Shown one piece after another: positions 29,944 to 40,018 of a stretch of DNA of 64,000 bases. Below the pieces are notes generated by a model, which saw only the letters and a list, made by a program, of their open reading frames with translations, was not told where the DNA came from and did not search any database. A program made the position numbers and the translations under genes. The DNA comes from Candidatus Omnitrophota bacterium. GTDB taxonomy: Bacteria > CAIJMQ01. Position 1 is the first letter of the stretch; each line of letters begins with the position of its first letter. The stretch spans positions 101,621-165,620 of the forward strand of contig JAHJCU010000004.1 in NCBI GenBank assembly GCA_018812925.1, read 5' to 3'.

Positions 29944-29959
29944 CTTATATTTTATTTTT

Positions 29960-30247
29960 TCATTTTTCGTTTAATCTCTTAAATAGAAACTTTCCCGATT
30001 TAAATTTAACGACTTTTCGGGAAGAGATGCTTATCTTTTCTCCCGTTTTGGGATTTCTTGCAATTTTGGCTTCTCGCCAACTTATCTTGAAGACTCCGAA
30101 TTTTCTTAACTCCACCCTTTCTCCTCGCGTCATAGCTTCAGTAATATGTTCCAATGTTTCTTCTATTATTCTCTTCACTACTTGCTGACGCTCGCCTGTA
30201 GAATAGGAAATTTTCTTTACAAGGTCTTTTTTTGTAATAGTATTCAT
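29960..30247 (-). CDS. HU/IHF family DNA-binding protein
   Basis: 95 aa; RNPKTGE arm motif. Confidence 0.8.
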   Translation of the reverse strand: MNTITKKDLVKKISYSTGERQQVVKRIIEETLEHITEAMTRGERVELRKFGVFKISWREAKIARNPKTGEKISISSRKVVKFKSGKFLFKRLNEK

Positions 30248-30249
30248 TT

Positions 30250-30846
30250 TTATGTCTTCATTGCTTTGGTGGGCTCTTCTTTTTCTTTATCCTCTTCTTC
30301 AAGTGGTTCTTCGGGTTGCAAGGTGTCTAAAAATTCCTGCCATTTAAAACCGATAAATTTATTATATGTTTTTACATACGCTTCGTCAGCTTTAAAAATT
30401 ATTTTATCTTCTTCGCGCAGATTATATATACTATTGGTTGCTGGTGCGATATATAGGGAAATAATTATGCAACTCATAAGATTTAAGCCCAATATTATTC
30501 CGCAAATTGCGCCGCCTATTTTATCAATAAGTGTGAAAAAATAAATCGTTTTTTCTTTAGTTTTTGAACGAATTTTTGAGAAAAATAATTGTTTTATTGA
30601 CCATAAAGGTAAAAGCGAAAATGTGAATATTGCCCAGAACGCTATAAGAAGAGCATATTGTTCATCCGGAAAAATATATTTGAAAATATAGGGCGCCAAT
30701 GATTGGAAAAGAGTAAAACTCATTCCTGCGCTGAATAAGAAATTTATAAGGTTTACAAACTCGTTTAATAACCCCTCGCTTATTCCTATGTAAATTCTAT
30801 ATGCGATTACGACAACAATCGAAAGATTAAGGATATAGGGAATCAT
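30250..30846 (-). CDS. CvpA family membrane protein with an acidic C-terminal tail
   Basis: Four predicted TM helices, CvpA-like N-terminus; neighbours purine genes as cvpA often does. Confidence 0.5.
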   Translation of the reverse strand: MIPYILNLSIVVVIAYRIYIGISEGLLNEFVNLINFLFSAGMSFTLFQSLAPYIFKYIFPDEQYALLIAFWAIFTFSLLPLWSIKQLFFSKIRSKTKEKTIYFFTLIDKIGGAICGIILGLNLMSCIIISLYIAPATNSIYNLREEDKIIFKADEAYVKTYNKFIGFKWQEFLDTLQPEEPLEEEDKEKEEPTKAMKT

Positions 30847-32255
30847 TTTAAAACTCCTTCAATTTCATCCACACTAGTAAGCCCTTGCCTGATCTTGGTT
30901 AACCCGTCTTCAAGAAGCGTTATCATTCCCTGTTTTTTTGCTTGGGTGAAAATTTCTTGTTCGGACGCCTTATTACTTATTAGTTCTTTGATTGTTTTGT
31001 CAATTACCAAAATTTCGAATAGGCCTGTGCGTTTCCTATACCCCGTATTTGTGCAATAATTGCAGCCCTTTGTTTTATAAACTTGTTCTCCTGCTTTTAA
31101 CTGTATGTTTTCCTGACCAAAAAATTTATCGGAAGGCAGAACGTAAGATATCTTACATTGCGGACATAAAAGACGGACTAATCTCTGACTAATTACCCCT
31201 GAAAGAGAAGACGATATAAGATAACGTTCAAAGCCCATTTCAAAAAGTCGCATAATTGTGCTTATCGAGTCTTTGGTGTGCAAAGTCGAAAAAACCAAAT
31301 GTCCGGTTAAAGAAGCTTCAATGGCTACTTTTGCAGTTTCGACATCTCTTATTTCTCCCACCATTATTATATCCGGGTCCTGTCGCAGTATACTTCTTAA
31401 ACAGTTGGCAAATGTTACCCCTGCACGCACATTTATTGGAATTTGAGTTGTGTTTACAATTTTATATTCAATAGGGTCTTCTATACTTATAATGTTTTTA
31501 CCCAGATTATTTACCTTATTTAAGATAGCATAAAGAGTAGTTGTTTTTCCACATCCTGTAGGTCCAACTATTAGCACAATGCCATCATTACGAAATACCA
31601 AAGAACGGAATTTGTCCTCTGCTTCAGGGAGAACGCCAAGATTTGAAATGTCGACTAATCCTTCACTAGGGTCAAGAATTCTCATTACCATGGTCTCGCC
31701 ATATTGAGATGCGGATACAGAGACTCTAAAATCTATTTTTTTATCTTTTATAGTCGAGGAGAAACTGCCGTCCTGGAAAGAACGTTTTTGCGCTATGTCA
31801 AGGTTACTTAAAACTTTGATAGCGGAAACAATCGCTTTGCACAATTCTACGGGGAAAGTCCTATATTCATAAAGAAATCCGTCTATCCTGAAACGAACGG
31901 TTAGTTTCTCTTTATCCGGGTCCAAATGAATATCCGTTGCTCTATAAGCAACAGCATCTTGAAAAATTTTATTTACAGTTTTTAAAACTTGTCTGTCATC
32001 ATTGATTGTTTTGGAAGATGAAAAATATTTTGACTTGGCATTTTGGGAACCTTTTTGTTGAGAAGTAAAATAAAAAATAGAAGGTAAATAATAGTACAAA
32101 AGTAATGCCAATGGACCCAAGAAAAAAAATAAGCTGTTACAGAGCCTTACATTTCTTCCTTTTTTCCTGGCATCTATGTTGACCCATGCCATCAAAAAAA
32201 ACCAGGCATAGGAAAATGCCAAAAGTGTAATACTAAAAGCTATTTTTCCTGACAA
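30843..32255 (-). CDS. GspE/PilB-family secretion ATPase with an N-terminal membrane anchor
   Basis: Walker A GPTGCGKTT, Asp box, His box, tetracysteine CPQC...CNYC; N-terminal ~60 aa hydrophobic; TTG start with AAGGGAG SD. Confidence 0.75.
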   Translation of the reverse strand: MSGKIAFSITLLAFSYAWFFLMAWVNIDARKKGRNVRLCNSLFFFLGPLALLLYYYLPSIFYFTSQQKGSQNAKSKYFSSSKTINDDRQVLKTVNKIFQDAVAYRATDIHLDPDKEKLTVRFRIDGFLYEYRTFPVELCKAIVSAIKVLSNLDIAQKRSFQDGSFSSTIKDKKIDFRVSVSASQYGETMVMRILDPSEGLVDISNLGVLPEAEDKFRSLVFRNDGIVLIVGPTGCGKTTTLYAILNKVNNLGKNIISIEDPIEYKIVNTTQIPINVRAGVTFANCLRSILRQDPDIIMVGEIRDVETAKVAIEASLTGHLVFSTLHTKDSISTIMRLFEMGFERYLISSSLSGVISQRLVRLLCPQCKISYVLPSDKFFGQENIQLKAGEQVYKTKGCNYCTNTGYRKRTGLFEILVIDKTIKELISNKASEQEIFTQAKKQGMITLLEDGLTKIRQGLTSVDEIEGVLK

Positions 32256-32308
32256 TATTAAAACTCCCTTTTAATTATAGCAAAAGCCTTTAATAATTTT
32301 TAATTGTT

Positions 32309-33094
32309 TTAAAGATTTTCTTTTACGTACTTTACTGCATTTTCAAAAATCGCAAGCCCCACTCCCTTCTCAGGTAATGTTTCTCTTGTATGTTTAGGAT
32401 GGTTTTCTCTATAGATGTAAGCTTCGGGATGCGGCATAAGTCCAAAGATACGGCCGGAAGGGTCGCATATACCCGCAATATTGTCCAAGGAACCGTTTGG
32501 ATTGTGCGGATATTTGGATGCTTTCTCGCCATTAGGATTTGCATATCGAAGAACAATAAGATTTTCTTTTTTCAATTTTGCAAGTGTTTTAGGCTCTGCA
32601 TAAAATTTCCCCTCTCCGTGTCGAATTGGTAGATATAGATTTTTAATGCCTTTTGTAAATACACAAGGAGATTTTTCCACTTTTAAATTTATCCACCTGT
32701 CTTCAAATTTTCCGGAATCGTTAAAAGCTAGGGTCACTTTTTGTGTCCAATAATCGTCGTTTATTCCCGGCAAAAATCCGAGTTTTACCATTATTTGAAA
32801 TCCGTTGCATATTCCGATAATAAGCTTTTTATCGGAAATAAATTTTAAAAGATTTTTCTTTAGTTTATATTTAAACTTAACCGCATGAATTTTTCCAGCC
32901 GCAATATCATCCCCAAAAGAAAATCCTCCCGGAAACGCTAAAATATCGTAACTGTCTAATTTTTTAGAACCTTCTATTAATTCGTTGGTATGCGCTTTTT
33001 CTACGCAAGCTCCTGCCAATTCAAACGCTTTTTTCGTCTCGTTATCACAGTTTATACCATGTCCGTATAAGACCAAAACTTTAACTTTTCTCAT
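32309..33094 (-). CDS. purQ: Phosphoribosylformylglycinamidine synthase, glutaminase subunit PurQ
   Basis: Class I glutamine amidotransferase nucleophile GICNGFQ; 261 aa. Confidence 0.85.
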   Translation of the reverse strand: MRKVKVLVLYGHGINCDNETKKAFELAGACVEKAHTNELIEGSKKLDSYDILAFPGGFSFGDDIAAGKIHAVKFKYKLKKNLLKFISDKKLIIGICNGFQIMVKLGFLPGINDDYWTQKVTLAFNDSGKFEDRWINLKVEKSPCVFTKGIKNLYLPIRHGEGKFYAEPKTLAKLKKENLIVLRYANPNGEKASKYPHNPNGSLDNIAGICDPSGRIFGLMPHPEAYIYRENHPKHTRETLPEKGVGLAIFENAVKYVKENL

Positions 33095-36000
33095 GGTTTA
33101 ATTGTATTAAAAGGTTCTTTCCAAACTCTTTTTAAGACCTCAATATTTTCTTTAAGTATTATTTGCCCTTTCAACCCCTTTAGCGTAAGGATTTTCTTCC
33201 CCACAACTTTCCCCACCAATTTAATATCGTTCCCTTTCATTATCCTTCTGAATTCTTTTTCATATTTTCGGGGCACAGTTACAATAAATCTTGACGCTGA
33301 CTCCGAATAAAGAAGTTTATCTGTATTGTCGACATTTTCTCTTGGAACAAAATCCAGATTTATTTCCAGTCCATATCCGCCGGCAAAGGAAATTTGAGCT
33401 AATGCAACCCCAAGTCCTCCTTTATAGCAACCATGCGCAGAAGCCACGAGTCCGCTTTCGATAACCTCACTTAAAGCTTTATAAAGTTTAATCGCTTTTT
33501 TTGTTCTTACAATGGGAACGTTTAATCCGATTTCGCCAAACATTTCGTAATATTCCGAACCACCACATTCGTCATAAGTTTTCCCCAAAACAAACACCAA
33601 ATCCCCCGGATGTTTTACATCCATCGTTACGCATTTTTTGTAATTGTCTATTATGCCTGCGCTGGAAAACATCACAGTCGGTAATGACGAAATCCTGTGT
33701 TCTTTGCCGTGTGTATCAGGTATAGTTGTATCCATTGACATTGAATCTTTGCCGGATATACAGGGGGTGCCATAGGCAAGAGTATAATCATAAAGCGCTT
33801 GATTGGCTCTTACGAGTTGCGCCATCTTGTATTTTGCGTCGGGGTTGTCTTTTCCAGACAGTGTAGATGGCCAGCAAAAATTGTCGTTTAAGACAATTTT
33901 CTTAAGGTTTCCGCCGATTGCTACAATTCTCCTTATGGCTTCATCAAAAGCATTTGCTGTCATGTGATATGTATCAATTGGGCTATATTTTGGGTTTATA
34001 CCCGATGCAATTGCAATTGCTTTCTTGGATTCAAAATCAGGTCTTATGACTACCGCGTCGGAATGGACATCGCTCTCTTCTCCCACTAAATGTTTTATTA
34101 CACTTGTTGCCTGAACCTCATGATCAAATTGGCGGACTATATATTCCTTGCTTGAGATATTTGGCCTTGCAAGCATTTTTTTAAAAAATTTAGCATGATT
34201 TTTTATTTTGGGTATTTCCGGTTCGCTTAAACCTCTTGACTGGGGTGTAAGCCACTGTGCTTCAAGCCTAAGTTGCGGAACTCCTTCATGAACAAATTCC
34301 ATATCCATAAAAGAAACATGTTTGTTGTTGTATAAACAATGAAATTTCCCGGAGGAGTTAAATGTTCCAATAGCCGTAGCTTCTACTTCGTGTCTTTTTG
34401 CAAGTGCCATAAATTCTTTTATTTTTTTAGGCGACACTGACAATATCATTCTTTCTTGTGATTCAGAAACAAGAATTTGCCAAGGGTCAAGCCCTTTATA
34501 TTTTATAGGGACTTTATCCAAATGAAGTTCAAATCCTTTTGCAACGTCTTTTGGTTTGCTCCTGCCAAAATTGTATCCCATTTCCCCTACACTAGAAGAA
34601 AGACCCCCGGCTCCGCAATCTTGTATGCAAGTATAGAGGTTTTTATCCCTTGCTTCACTTAAAAAATCATGCATTTTTTTCTGCGTATAAGGGTCTCCCA
34701 TTTGCACATGTCCCAAGGTAATATGTTTTCCACCTTCCATTGACGATTCTGTTGCCCCGTGTATACCGTCAATGCCAACTTTGCCGCCACACATTATTAT
34801 TAAATCACCAGGGTCTGTCTGTTTTTCTGAGCCGCCTTCTCCGTTTATTATTTTTGGAATAAGTCCCGCCGCCAGCACATATAGCGCAGGTTTCCCAAGA
34901 TATCCGTTGTCGAAAAAAACGATTCCATAGGGAGTGGGAACTCCATGTTTATTCCCTCCGTCTTGTACCCCTTGTCTTACACCCTCCAAAAGTCTCTTGG
35001 GATGAATTTCAGGTTTTAAATCGCCATCATAGTTAGGCTCTCCTGTACAGAATCCGTATGTTCCATATATAAGTTTGCAACCCTTTCCTGTTCCCATTGG
35101 GTCGCGATACACTCCCACTATGCCCGTAAGTGCTCCTCCATAGGGATATTTTGCAGAAGGCGAATTATGCGTTTCGCATTTGAAAGCGAAAAGATAATTA
35201 TTATTGAATTCTATGACACCCGAATTATCCCATAGCGTAGAAACCATCCATTTCAGCTTTTTCTTTAGTTTTTCCGTTGAGGCACGAATATATGTTTTAA
35301 ACAAACTATTTATATATTTTGTTTTCCCTCCTTCTGTATATTCAACATACGCATTGAATATCTTGTGTTTACAGTGTTCCGACCATGTTTGAGCCAAAAC
35401 TTCTAATTCGGCATCTGTAGGGTTATTGTCCAATCCTATATGTTTACGGTTTTTGATCACATCCGCTCTTAAAAAATATTCTTTGATTTTTTGCATCTCT
35501 TCAATGTTTAAGGCGAGATTTTTTTGTTTACTCAAACTCAATAATTCTTGAACAGAACCCAATTCCAGCTTTGATATTTTAGGTTTGTGCGCTATAAGCA
35601 CTTTGGGAATTTCAGGCATATAGCCTTTTTCTAAATACGTTTTTTTGTCTATAACGTGCCATGACTCAACGGATTCATACGCGAAGACACCTTTTGCAAT
35701 TTTTTCAACGTCTGGTTTATTTAAACAACCTTTTATGAGGAAATATTTTGATGTGTAGACAGCTTCGCCTTTATTGAATTTCGTATGCAGGATGTCTTGA
35801 ATAGCTTCTTGCGCTCTTTCTCCGGTATTGTCCTTTACTCCGGGCAGATTTTTCACATGGATAAGCCAATCCCAAGAAAATTTGCCAATTAGAGACCTAT
35901 CAACCGAAAATTCCTGAATTAATGGATCAGAAAACAGCTCCTGTGCAAGGATATTCAGGTCTTTTTTAGAGAATTTTTTGTCAATAGAATATAAGGTGAC

Positions 36001-36108
36001 TTCTTTAACGAATTTAACCTGAAACCCCAAATCTAATATCTCTCTTTGTTTATGTTCCGCAAAAGCATTTTTTAATCTGGTTTTGAAGGTGACTTCTATA
36101 GTGTGCAT
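33091..36108 (-). CDS. purL: Phosphoribosylformylglycinamidine synthase PurL with a fused PurS-like N-terminal domain
   Basis: ETHNSPSA motif, linker SEHCKHKIF, PurS-like first ~80 aa; 1005 aa with no glutaminase domain. Confidence 0.85.
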   Translation of the reverse strand: MHTIEVTFKTRLKNAFAEHKQREILDLGFQVKFVKEVTLYSIDKKFSKKDLNILAQELFSDPLIQEFSVDRSLIGKFSWDWLIHVKNLPGVKDNTGERAQEAIQDILHTKFNKGEAVYTSKYFLIKGCLNKPDVEKIAKGVFAYESVESWHVIDKKTYLEKGYMPEIPKVLIAHKPKISKLELGSVQELLSLSKQKNLALNIEEMQKIKEYFLRADVIKNRKHIGLDNNPTDAELEVLAQTWSEHCKHKIFNAYVEYTEGGKTKYINSLFKTYIRASTEKLKKKLKWMVSTLWDNSGVIEFNNNYLFAFKCETHNSPSAKYPYGGALTGIVGVYRDPMGTGKGCKLIYGTYGFCTGEPNYDGDLKPEIHPKRLLEGVRQGVQDGGNKHGVPTPYGIVFFDNGYLGKPALYVLAAGLIPKIINGEGGSEKQTDPGDLIIMCGGKVGIDGIHGATESSMEGGKHITLGHVQMGDPYTQKKMHDFLSEARDKNLYTCIQDCGAGGLSSSVGEMGYNFGRSKPKDVAKGFELHLDKVPIKYKGLDPWQILVSESQERMILSVSPKKIKEFMALAKRHEVEATAIGTFNSSGKFHCLYNNKHVSFMDMEFVHEGVPQLRLEAQWLTPQSRGLSEPEIPKIKNHAKFFKKMLARPNISSKEYIVRQFDHEVQATSVIKHLVGEESDVHSDAVVIRPDFESKKAIAIASGINPKYSPIDTYHMTANAFDEAIRRIVAIGGNLKKIVLNDNFCWPSTLSGKDNPDAKYKMAQLVRANQALYDYTLAYGTPCISGKDSMSMDTTIPDTHGKEHRISSLPTVMFSSAGIIDNYKKCVTMDVKHPGDLVFVLGKTYDECGGSEYYEMFGEIGLNVPIVRTKKAIKLYKALSEVIESGLVASAHGCYKGGLGVALAQISFAGGYGLEINLDFVPRENVDNTDKLLYSESASRFIVTVPRKYEKEFRRIMKGNDIKLVGKVVGKKILTLKGLKGQIILKENIEVLKRVWKEPFNTIKP

Positions 36109-36183
36109 AGTATTTTACATCCCATATGATATACCGGATTTTAACGGACAAGTGCGATTTTTTATTTTGTAAATTGAAAAGAT

Positions 36184-36213
36184 ATTATATCCTTAAATTA
36201 TGACTAAAAGCAA
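36184..36213 (-). promoter_or_regulatory. Candidate sigma-70 promoter for purL (TTGCTT, 18-nt spacer, TATAAT on the minus strand)
   Basis: Hexamers read on the reverse complement about 75 nt upstream of the purL ATG. Confidence 0.3.
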
Positions 36214-36376
36214 CGTAACAGGATTGCATTTTCATGATTTTTATGATAATCTGTCGGGACTCTCCCGCATAAAGTATGTGGGTTGAAAATGGTTAATTCC
36301 GGTTAGAGGTTCACTTCGTAGATAGTGCTAAAATCAACGAGATTCGTCTCTGCTCGGATTGTTAAATGACAAGAAA

Positions 36377-37567
36377 ATGAAAAACGAAATTTTGGCAACT
36401 CTTGAATCCTTAGGGAAAGAAAAGGGGTTGAATAAGGAAGTTCTTATAGAAGCAGTAAAAGACGCCGTGCTTTCTGCCGCAAAAAAGAAATTTCGCGGAG
36501 CAAAAGATGTTTCCGTAATCTTTCAACAGGATACGGGAGATATTAAAGTTGTTATCGATGGTCAAGAAAAACCATTGGGAGATTTGGGAAGAATTGCTGC
36601 ACAAAGCGCTAAACATATAATGGTCAAAGAAATTCGCCAACATGTAAGCGAAAAGGTTTATGCTACCTATCAATCTCGCATTGGCCAAATCCTAACAGGC
36701 AGGGTGGAAGCAATGGACGGTCGTGACTTTATTATTGAATTGGGAGAAATCGACGGGTTATTGCCCAGGCAAGAATGTCTTCCACAAGACAATTTTAGGA
36801 TAGGAGACAATGTTAAAGCATACCTATTCGAAATAAAAAGAGAGATAAATTTTGCCCCTTTGCTTTTTTCACGCACTCATCCACGCTTTTTGGATCAATT
36901 ATTTAGAATAGAAGTGCCGGAGATTAAAGAGGGAATAATTGAGATAAAAGCGATAGTGAGAGAAGCTGGCTACAGAGCAAAGATTGCCGTAGAAAGCCAT
37001 ATGAAAAATGTAGACCCGATTGGCACTTGCATTGGGTTAAAAGGTGAAAGAGTCAGGGCTATAACTCAAGAACTCAACGGCGAAAAAATAGATATAATCC
37101 CTTATGACAAAGATATGAAAATATTTATTGCCCGAGCACTGGCTCCGGCAAAGGTTTTGGATATTCAAATCTTCAGCGAAGATAAAAGAGCCCGAATTAT
37201 AGTAGAAGACGACCAACTTTCTTTGGCTATAGGAAAAAAAGGTCAAAATGTAAGATTGGCCGCAAAACTAACAGGGTGGAAATTGGATATAAGGAGCAAG
37301 ACACAAACAGAGAAAGAAAAGAAGTTTACTCCCAAGGGAATAGAAAAGGAACTCACTCAACTTCCCGGCATAGGGATAAAAATGGCTAATTCTTTGGGTA
37401 AAGCCGGATTAATCACCATAGAAGATATAGCCAAATCCACACCAGAAAATTTATTGAATATTCCTGGACTTGGAGAAGCAAAAGCAGTCCAGATAATAAA
37501 CAAAGCTAAAGAGATTATTGGTAATAATCCTCCCGCTAAAGATAAGAAAGGGGAGAAAACCCAATGA
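36377..37567 (+). CDS. nusA: Transcription termination/antitermination factor NusA
   Basis: S1 and KH domain motifs (DPIGTCIGLKGERV); ATG at 36377 matches the canonical N-terminus MKNEILA. Confidence 0.9.
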   Translation: MKNEILATLESLGKEKGLNKEVLIEAVKDAVLSAAKKKFRGAKDVSVIFQQDTGDIKVVIDGQEKPLGDLGRIAAQSAKHIMVKEIRQHVSEKVYATYQSRIGQILTGRVEAMDGRDFIIELGEIDGLLPRQECLPQDNFRIGDNVKAYLFEIKREINFAPLLFSRTHPRFLDQLFRIEVPEIKEGIIEIKAIVREAGYRAKIAVESHMKNVDPIGTCIGLKGERVRAITQELNGEKIDIIPYDKDMKIFIARALAPAKVLDIQIFSEDKRARIIVEDDQLSLAIGKKGQNVRLAAKLTGWKLDIRSKTQTEKEKKFTPKGIEKELTQLPGIGIKMANSLGKAGLITIEDIAKSTPENLLNIPGLGEAKAVQIINKAKEIIGNNPPAKDKKGEKTQ

Positions 37568-39516
37568 AAAGACCTGTTTATGAACTTGCCAAAGAACTCG
37601 GTTTACCTGCAAAGAAGCTCTTAGAAGAAATAAAAGGACTTGGCATTGTCGCAAAAAGCCACATGAGCACATTAAGCAAGGAAGAGTATGAACTCGTAAA
37701 AAATCTTTTCCTTGAAGAGAAGAAAAAATCCTCCAGTTCCCCTGCTTCAAAAACAAGCGAAAAACAGATTTTTAAAATTCCGGAAGGAATAACCGTAGGT
37801 AATTTTGCAGAAAAAATAGGATCAAGTCCGACTGAATTGATACAAAAATTAATTAAAATCGGCATTATGGCTAATCTTAATCAGTCCTTGGGAAAATCAG
37901 AAATAGAAATTATAGGTAAAGAATTAGGATTAGATATAGAGATTACCAAAGCTGAACCCCATTCTGAGAATAAGGAAAAACACAGAAAGAGACATTTGGG
38001 GAAAGGCAAGAAAATACGGCGCCCCCCAGTAGTTGTTGTTATGGGTCATGTTGACCACGGAAAAACAACGTTATTGGATACCATAAGCAAAAAAAATATA
38101 GCAGATAAAGAAAAAGGCAAAATCACACAACATATCGGTGCTTCGACCGTCGAGTTGGAAGACGGAAATAAAATAATTTTCCTTGATACTCCGGGTCATG
38201 AAGCTTTTACCAGCTTAAGAGCCCGCGGCTCTCAAATAACCGATATAGCCGTTTTAGTGGTTGCCGCAGATGACGGGGTTCAACCCCAAACAAAAGAAGC
38301 CATTGACCATGCAAAAGCCGCCCAAATACCGATAGTTGTGGCTATAAATAAAATAGACAAAAAAACCGTAAATCCGGAAAAAGTGAAGATGCAACTGCAA
38401 TCATTGGGACTTATTCCTGACGAAATGGGAGGGACAACTCAATTTGTAAACGTTTCCGCCTTAAATAATTTGGGGATTGACAAACTATTGGAAGCAATAC
38501 TTTTAGAATACGAGATGTTAGAAACTTTTGCCAATATAGAAGGCCCTGCTAAAGGATATGTCATAGAAAACAGAATGGATAAAGGCAGAGGACCTGTAGG
38601 GACTTTATTGATAGAATCCGGAATTCTTAAAATCGGTAATTGTTTTGCATCCGGTAATACCTTCGGCAAAGTAAGGGCAATGATTGATGACCATGGTCGA
38701 AATCTAACCGAAGCACTGCCTTCTTCAATAGTAGAATTATCCGGTTTTTCTTCACTTCCGATATCCGGAGATACTTTCCAAGTGGTAAAAAGTGAAAAAG
38801 AAGCCAGAGAAATTGTTAGCAAGAAAACCAATCAACAACAAAACGCTAAAACAAAAGAAAAAGCTGTTTTCACGCTTGAAGGCTTACAGGAACAGTTGGG
38901 CAAGCAAAAGATAGTCGAATTGCGATGTATCGTAAAGAGTGATGTTCAAGGTTCTCATGAAGCGTTGAAAAAAGTTTTGGAACGATTGAGCAATGAAGAA
39001 ATGAATTTAAATATAATTAATCAAGGGGTAGGCAGTATAAACAGTTCCGATGTGCTTCTTGCCGAGGCTTCCAAGGCTATTATCATAGGTTTTAATCTGG
39101 GAGTTCAAGGCTCTGTGCAAAAAATGGCAATAGAAAAAGGAGTAGAAATACGCCTTTATGATATTATTTACGATGCGATAGACGATATCAAGAAAGCTAT
39201 GGAGGGAATGCTTAGCCCTAAGATTGAAGAAATTCTCATAGGCAAAGCAGAAATAAAACAGGTTTTCTCCAATTCAAAAGGCAAAGTTGCTGCAGGAGCG
39301 CAGGTAACGGAAGGTAGAATCGTAGTCAAAGGCGCAAAAATACGCATTTTAAGAGATAGTGAAGAGCTTTATAAAGGCAGATTAAATTCTCTGCGCAGAT
39401 TTAAAGACAGCGTTGCAGAAGTTAAGCAGGGATATGAATGCGGATTAAGCATTGCCGATTTCAAAGATTTTCAGCCGGGCGATATCATTGAAGTATACAT
39501 GTTACAAAAAAAATAA
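37564..39516 (+). CDS. infB: Translation initiation factor IF-2
   Basis: GTPase motifs GHVDHGKTT, DTPGH, NKID; start overlaps the nusA stop. Confidence 0.9.
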   Translation: MKRPVYELAKELGLPAKKLLEEIKGLGIVAKSHMSTLSKEEYELVKNLFLEEKKKSSSSPASKTSEKQIFKIPEGITVGNFAEKIGSSPTELIQKLIKIGIMANLNQSLGKSEIEIIGKELGLDIEITKAEPHSENKEKHRKRHLGKGKKIRRPPVVVVMGHVDHGKTTLLDTISKKNIADKEKGKITQHIGASTVELEDGNKIIFLDTPGHEAFTSLRARGSQITDIAVLVVAADDGVQPQTKEAIDHAKAAQIPIVVAINKIDKKTVNPEKVKMQLQSLGLIPDEMGGTTQFVNVSALNNLGIDKLLEAILLEYEMLETFANIEGPAKGYVIENRMDKGRGPVGTLLIESGILKIGNCFASGNTFGKVRAMIDDHGRNLTEALPSSIVELSGFSSLPISGDTFQVVKSEKEAREIVSKKTNQQQNAKTKEKAVFTLEGLQEQLGKQKIVELRCIVKSDVQGSHEALKKVLERLSNEEMNLNIINQGVGSINSSDVLLAEASKAIIIGFNLGVQGSVQKMAIEKGVEIRLYDIIYDAIDDIKKAMEGMLSPKIEEILIGKAEIKQVFSNSKGKVAAGAQVTEGRIVVKGAKIRILRDSEELYKGRLNSLRRFKDSVAEVKQGYECGLSIADFKDFQPGDIIEVYMLQKK

Positions 39517-39664
39517 TCACATCGGAAATCAAACATCAATTTGTTTAGTTATTAAACCCTAATTAAAAAATTTATAGAGAAGGAATTGTCTTATATCGTA
39601 GAAATAGTAAAATCTTATCCAAAGGTGGGAATAATAGATTATTCCACTGAGGAAATATATAAAA

Positions 39665-40018
39665 ATGAAAACCAGACGCTCCAGCAGAATATCAGAAGTT
39701 ATAAGAAGAGAAATTTCCAGTATGATTCAACAAAAGGAAATAAGAGACCCGAGGATAGGCTTTGTAACAATCGTTGCTGTGGATGTATCCAACGATTTGA
39801 AAGAGGTTGAAGTATACCTAACTCATTATGGCAGCCAATCCGATAGGGACAAAAGCCTTGCAGGTTTAGAAAGCGCAGCCGGTTTTATTGAAGGGGAAGT
39901 AGGTAGAAGACTTCACTTGCGTCTTGTCCCCAAGATAAAGTTCTCATACGATGAAAAAATAGGAAAGACAATGAATGTTCTCAAAATTATAGATTCTTTT
40001 CATGAAGATGAGAAATAA
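39665..40018 (+). CDS. rbfA: Ribosome-binding factor A
   Basis: 117 aa; R-rich N-terminus and DPRIGFVTI motif. Confidence 0.85.
   Translation: MKTRRSSRISEVIRREISSMIQQKEIRDPRIGFVTIVAVDVSNDLKEVEVYLTHYGSQSDRDKSLAGLESAAGFIEGEVGRRLHLRLVPKIKFSYDEKIGKTMNVLKIIDSFHEDEK

Noticed and set aside
29944-29959. T-box leader upstream of tyrS
   Set aside because: tyrS is separated from the upstream HU gene by only 16 bp, so there is no room for a T-box; tyrS is probably co-transcribed.
36109-36200. Possible purine riboswitch in the purL leader (CCGUUAAAAU and UAUGGG resemble G-box fragments)
   Set aside because: The conserved GUUUCUACC junction and the P1/P2 arrangement are not present; the resemblance is limited to two short fragments.
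36240-36360. tRNA-like sequence in the nusA upstream region
   Set aside because: No T-loop consensus (GGTTCGAATCC-like) or cloverleaf arrangement could be found by eye.
39586-39810. ORF 39586..39810 (+) overlapping the rbfA start
   Set aside because: Out of frame with the well-supported rbfA; composition gives no motif; the upstream part is better explained as the rbfA 5' region.
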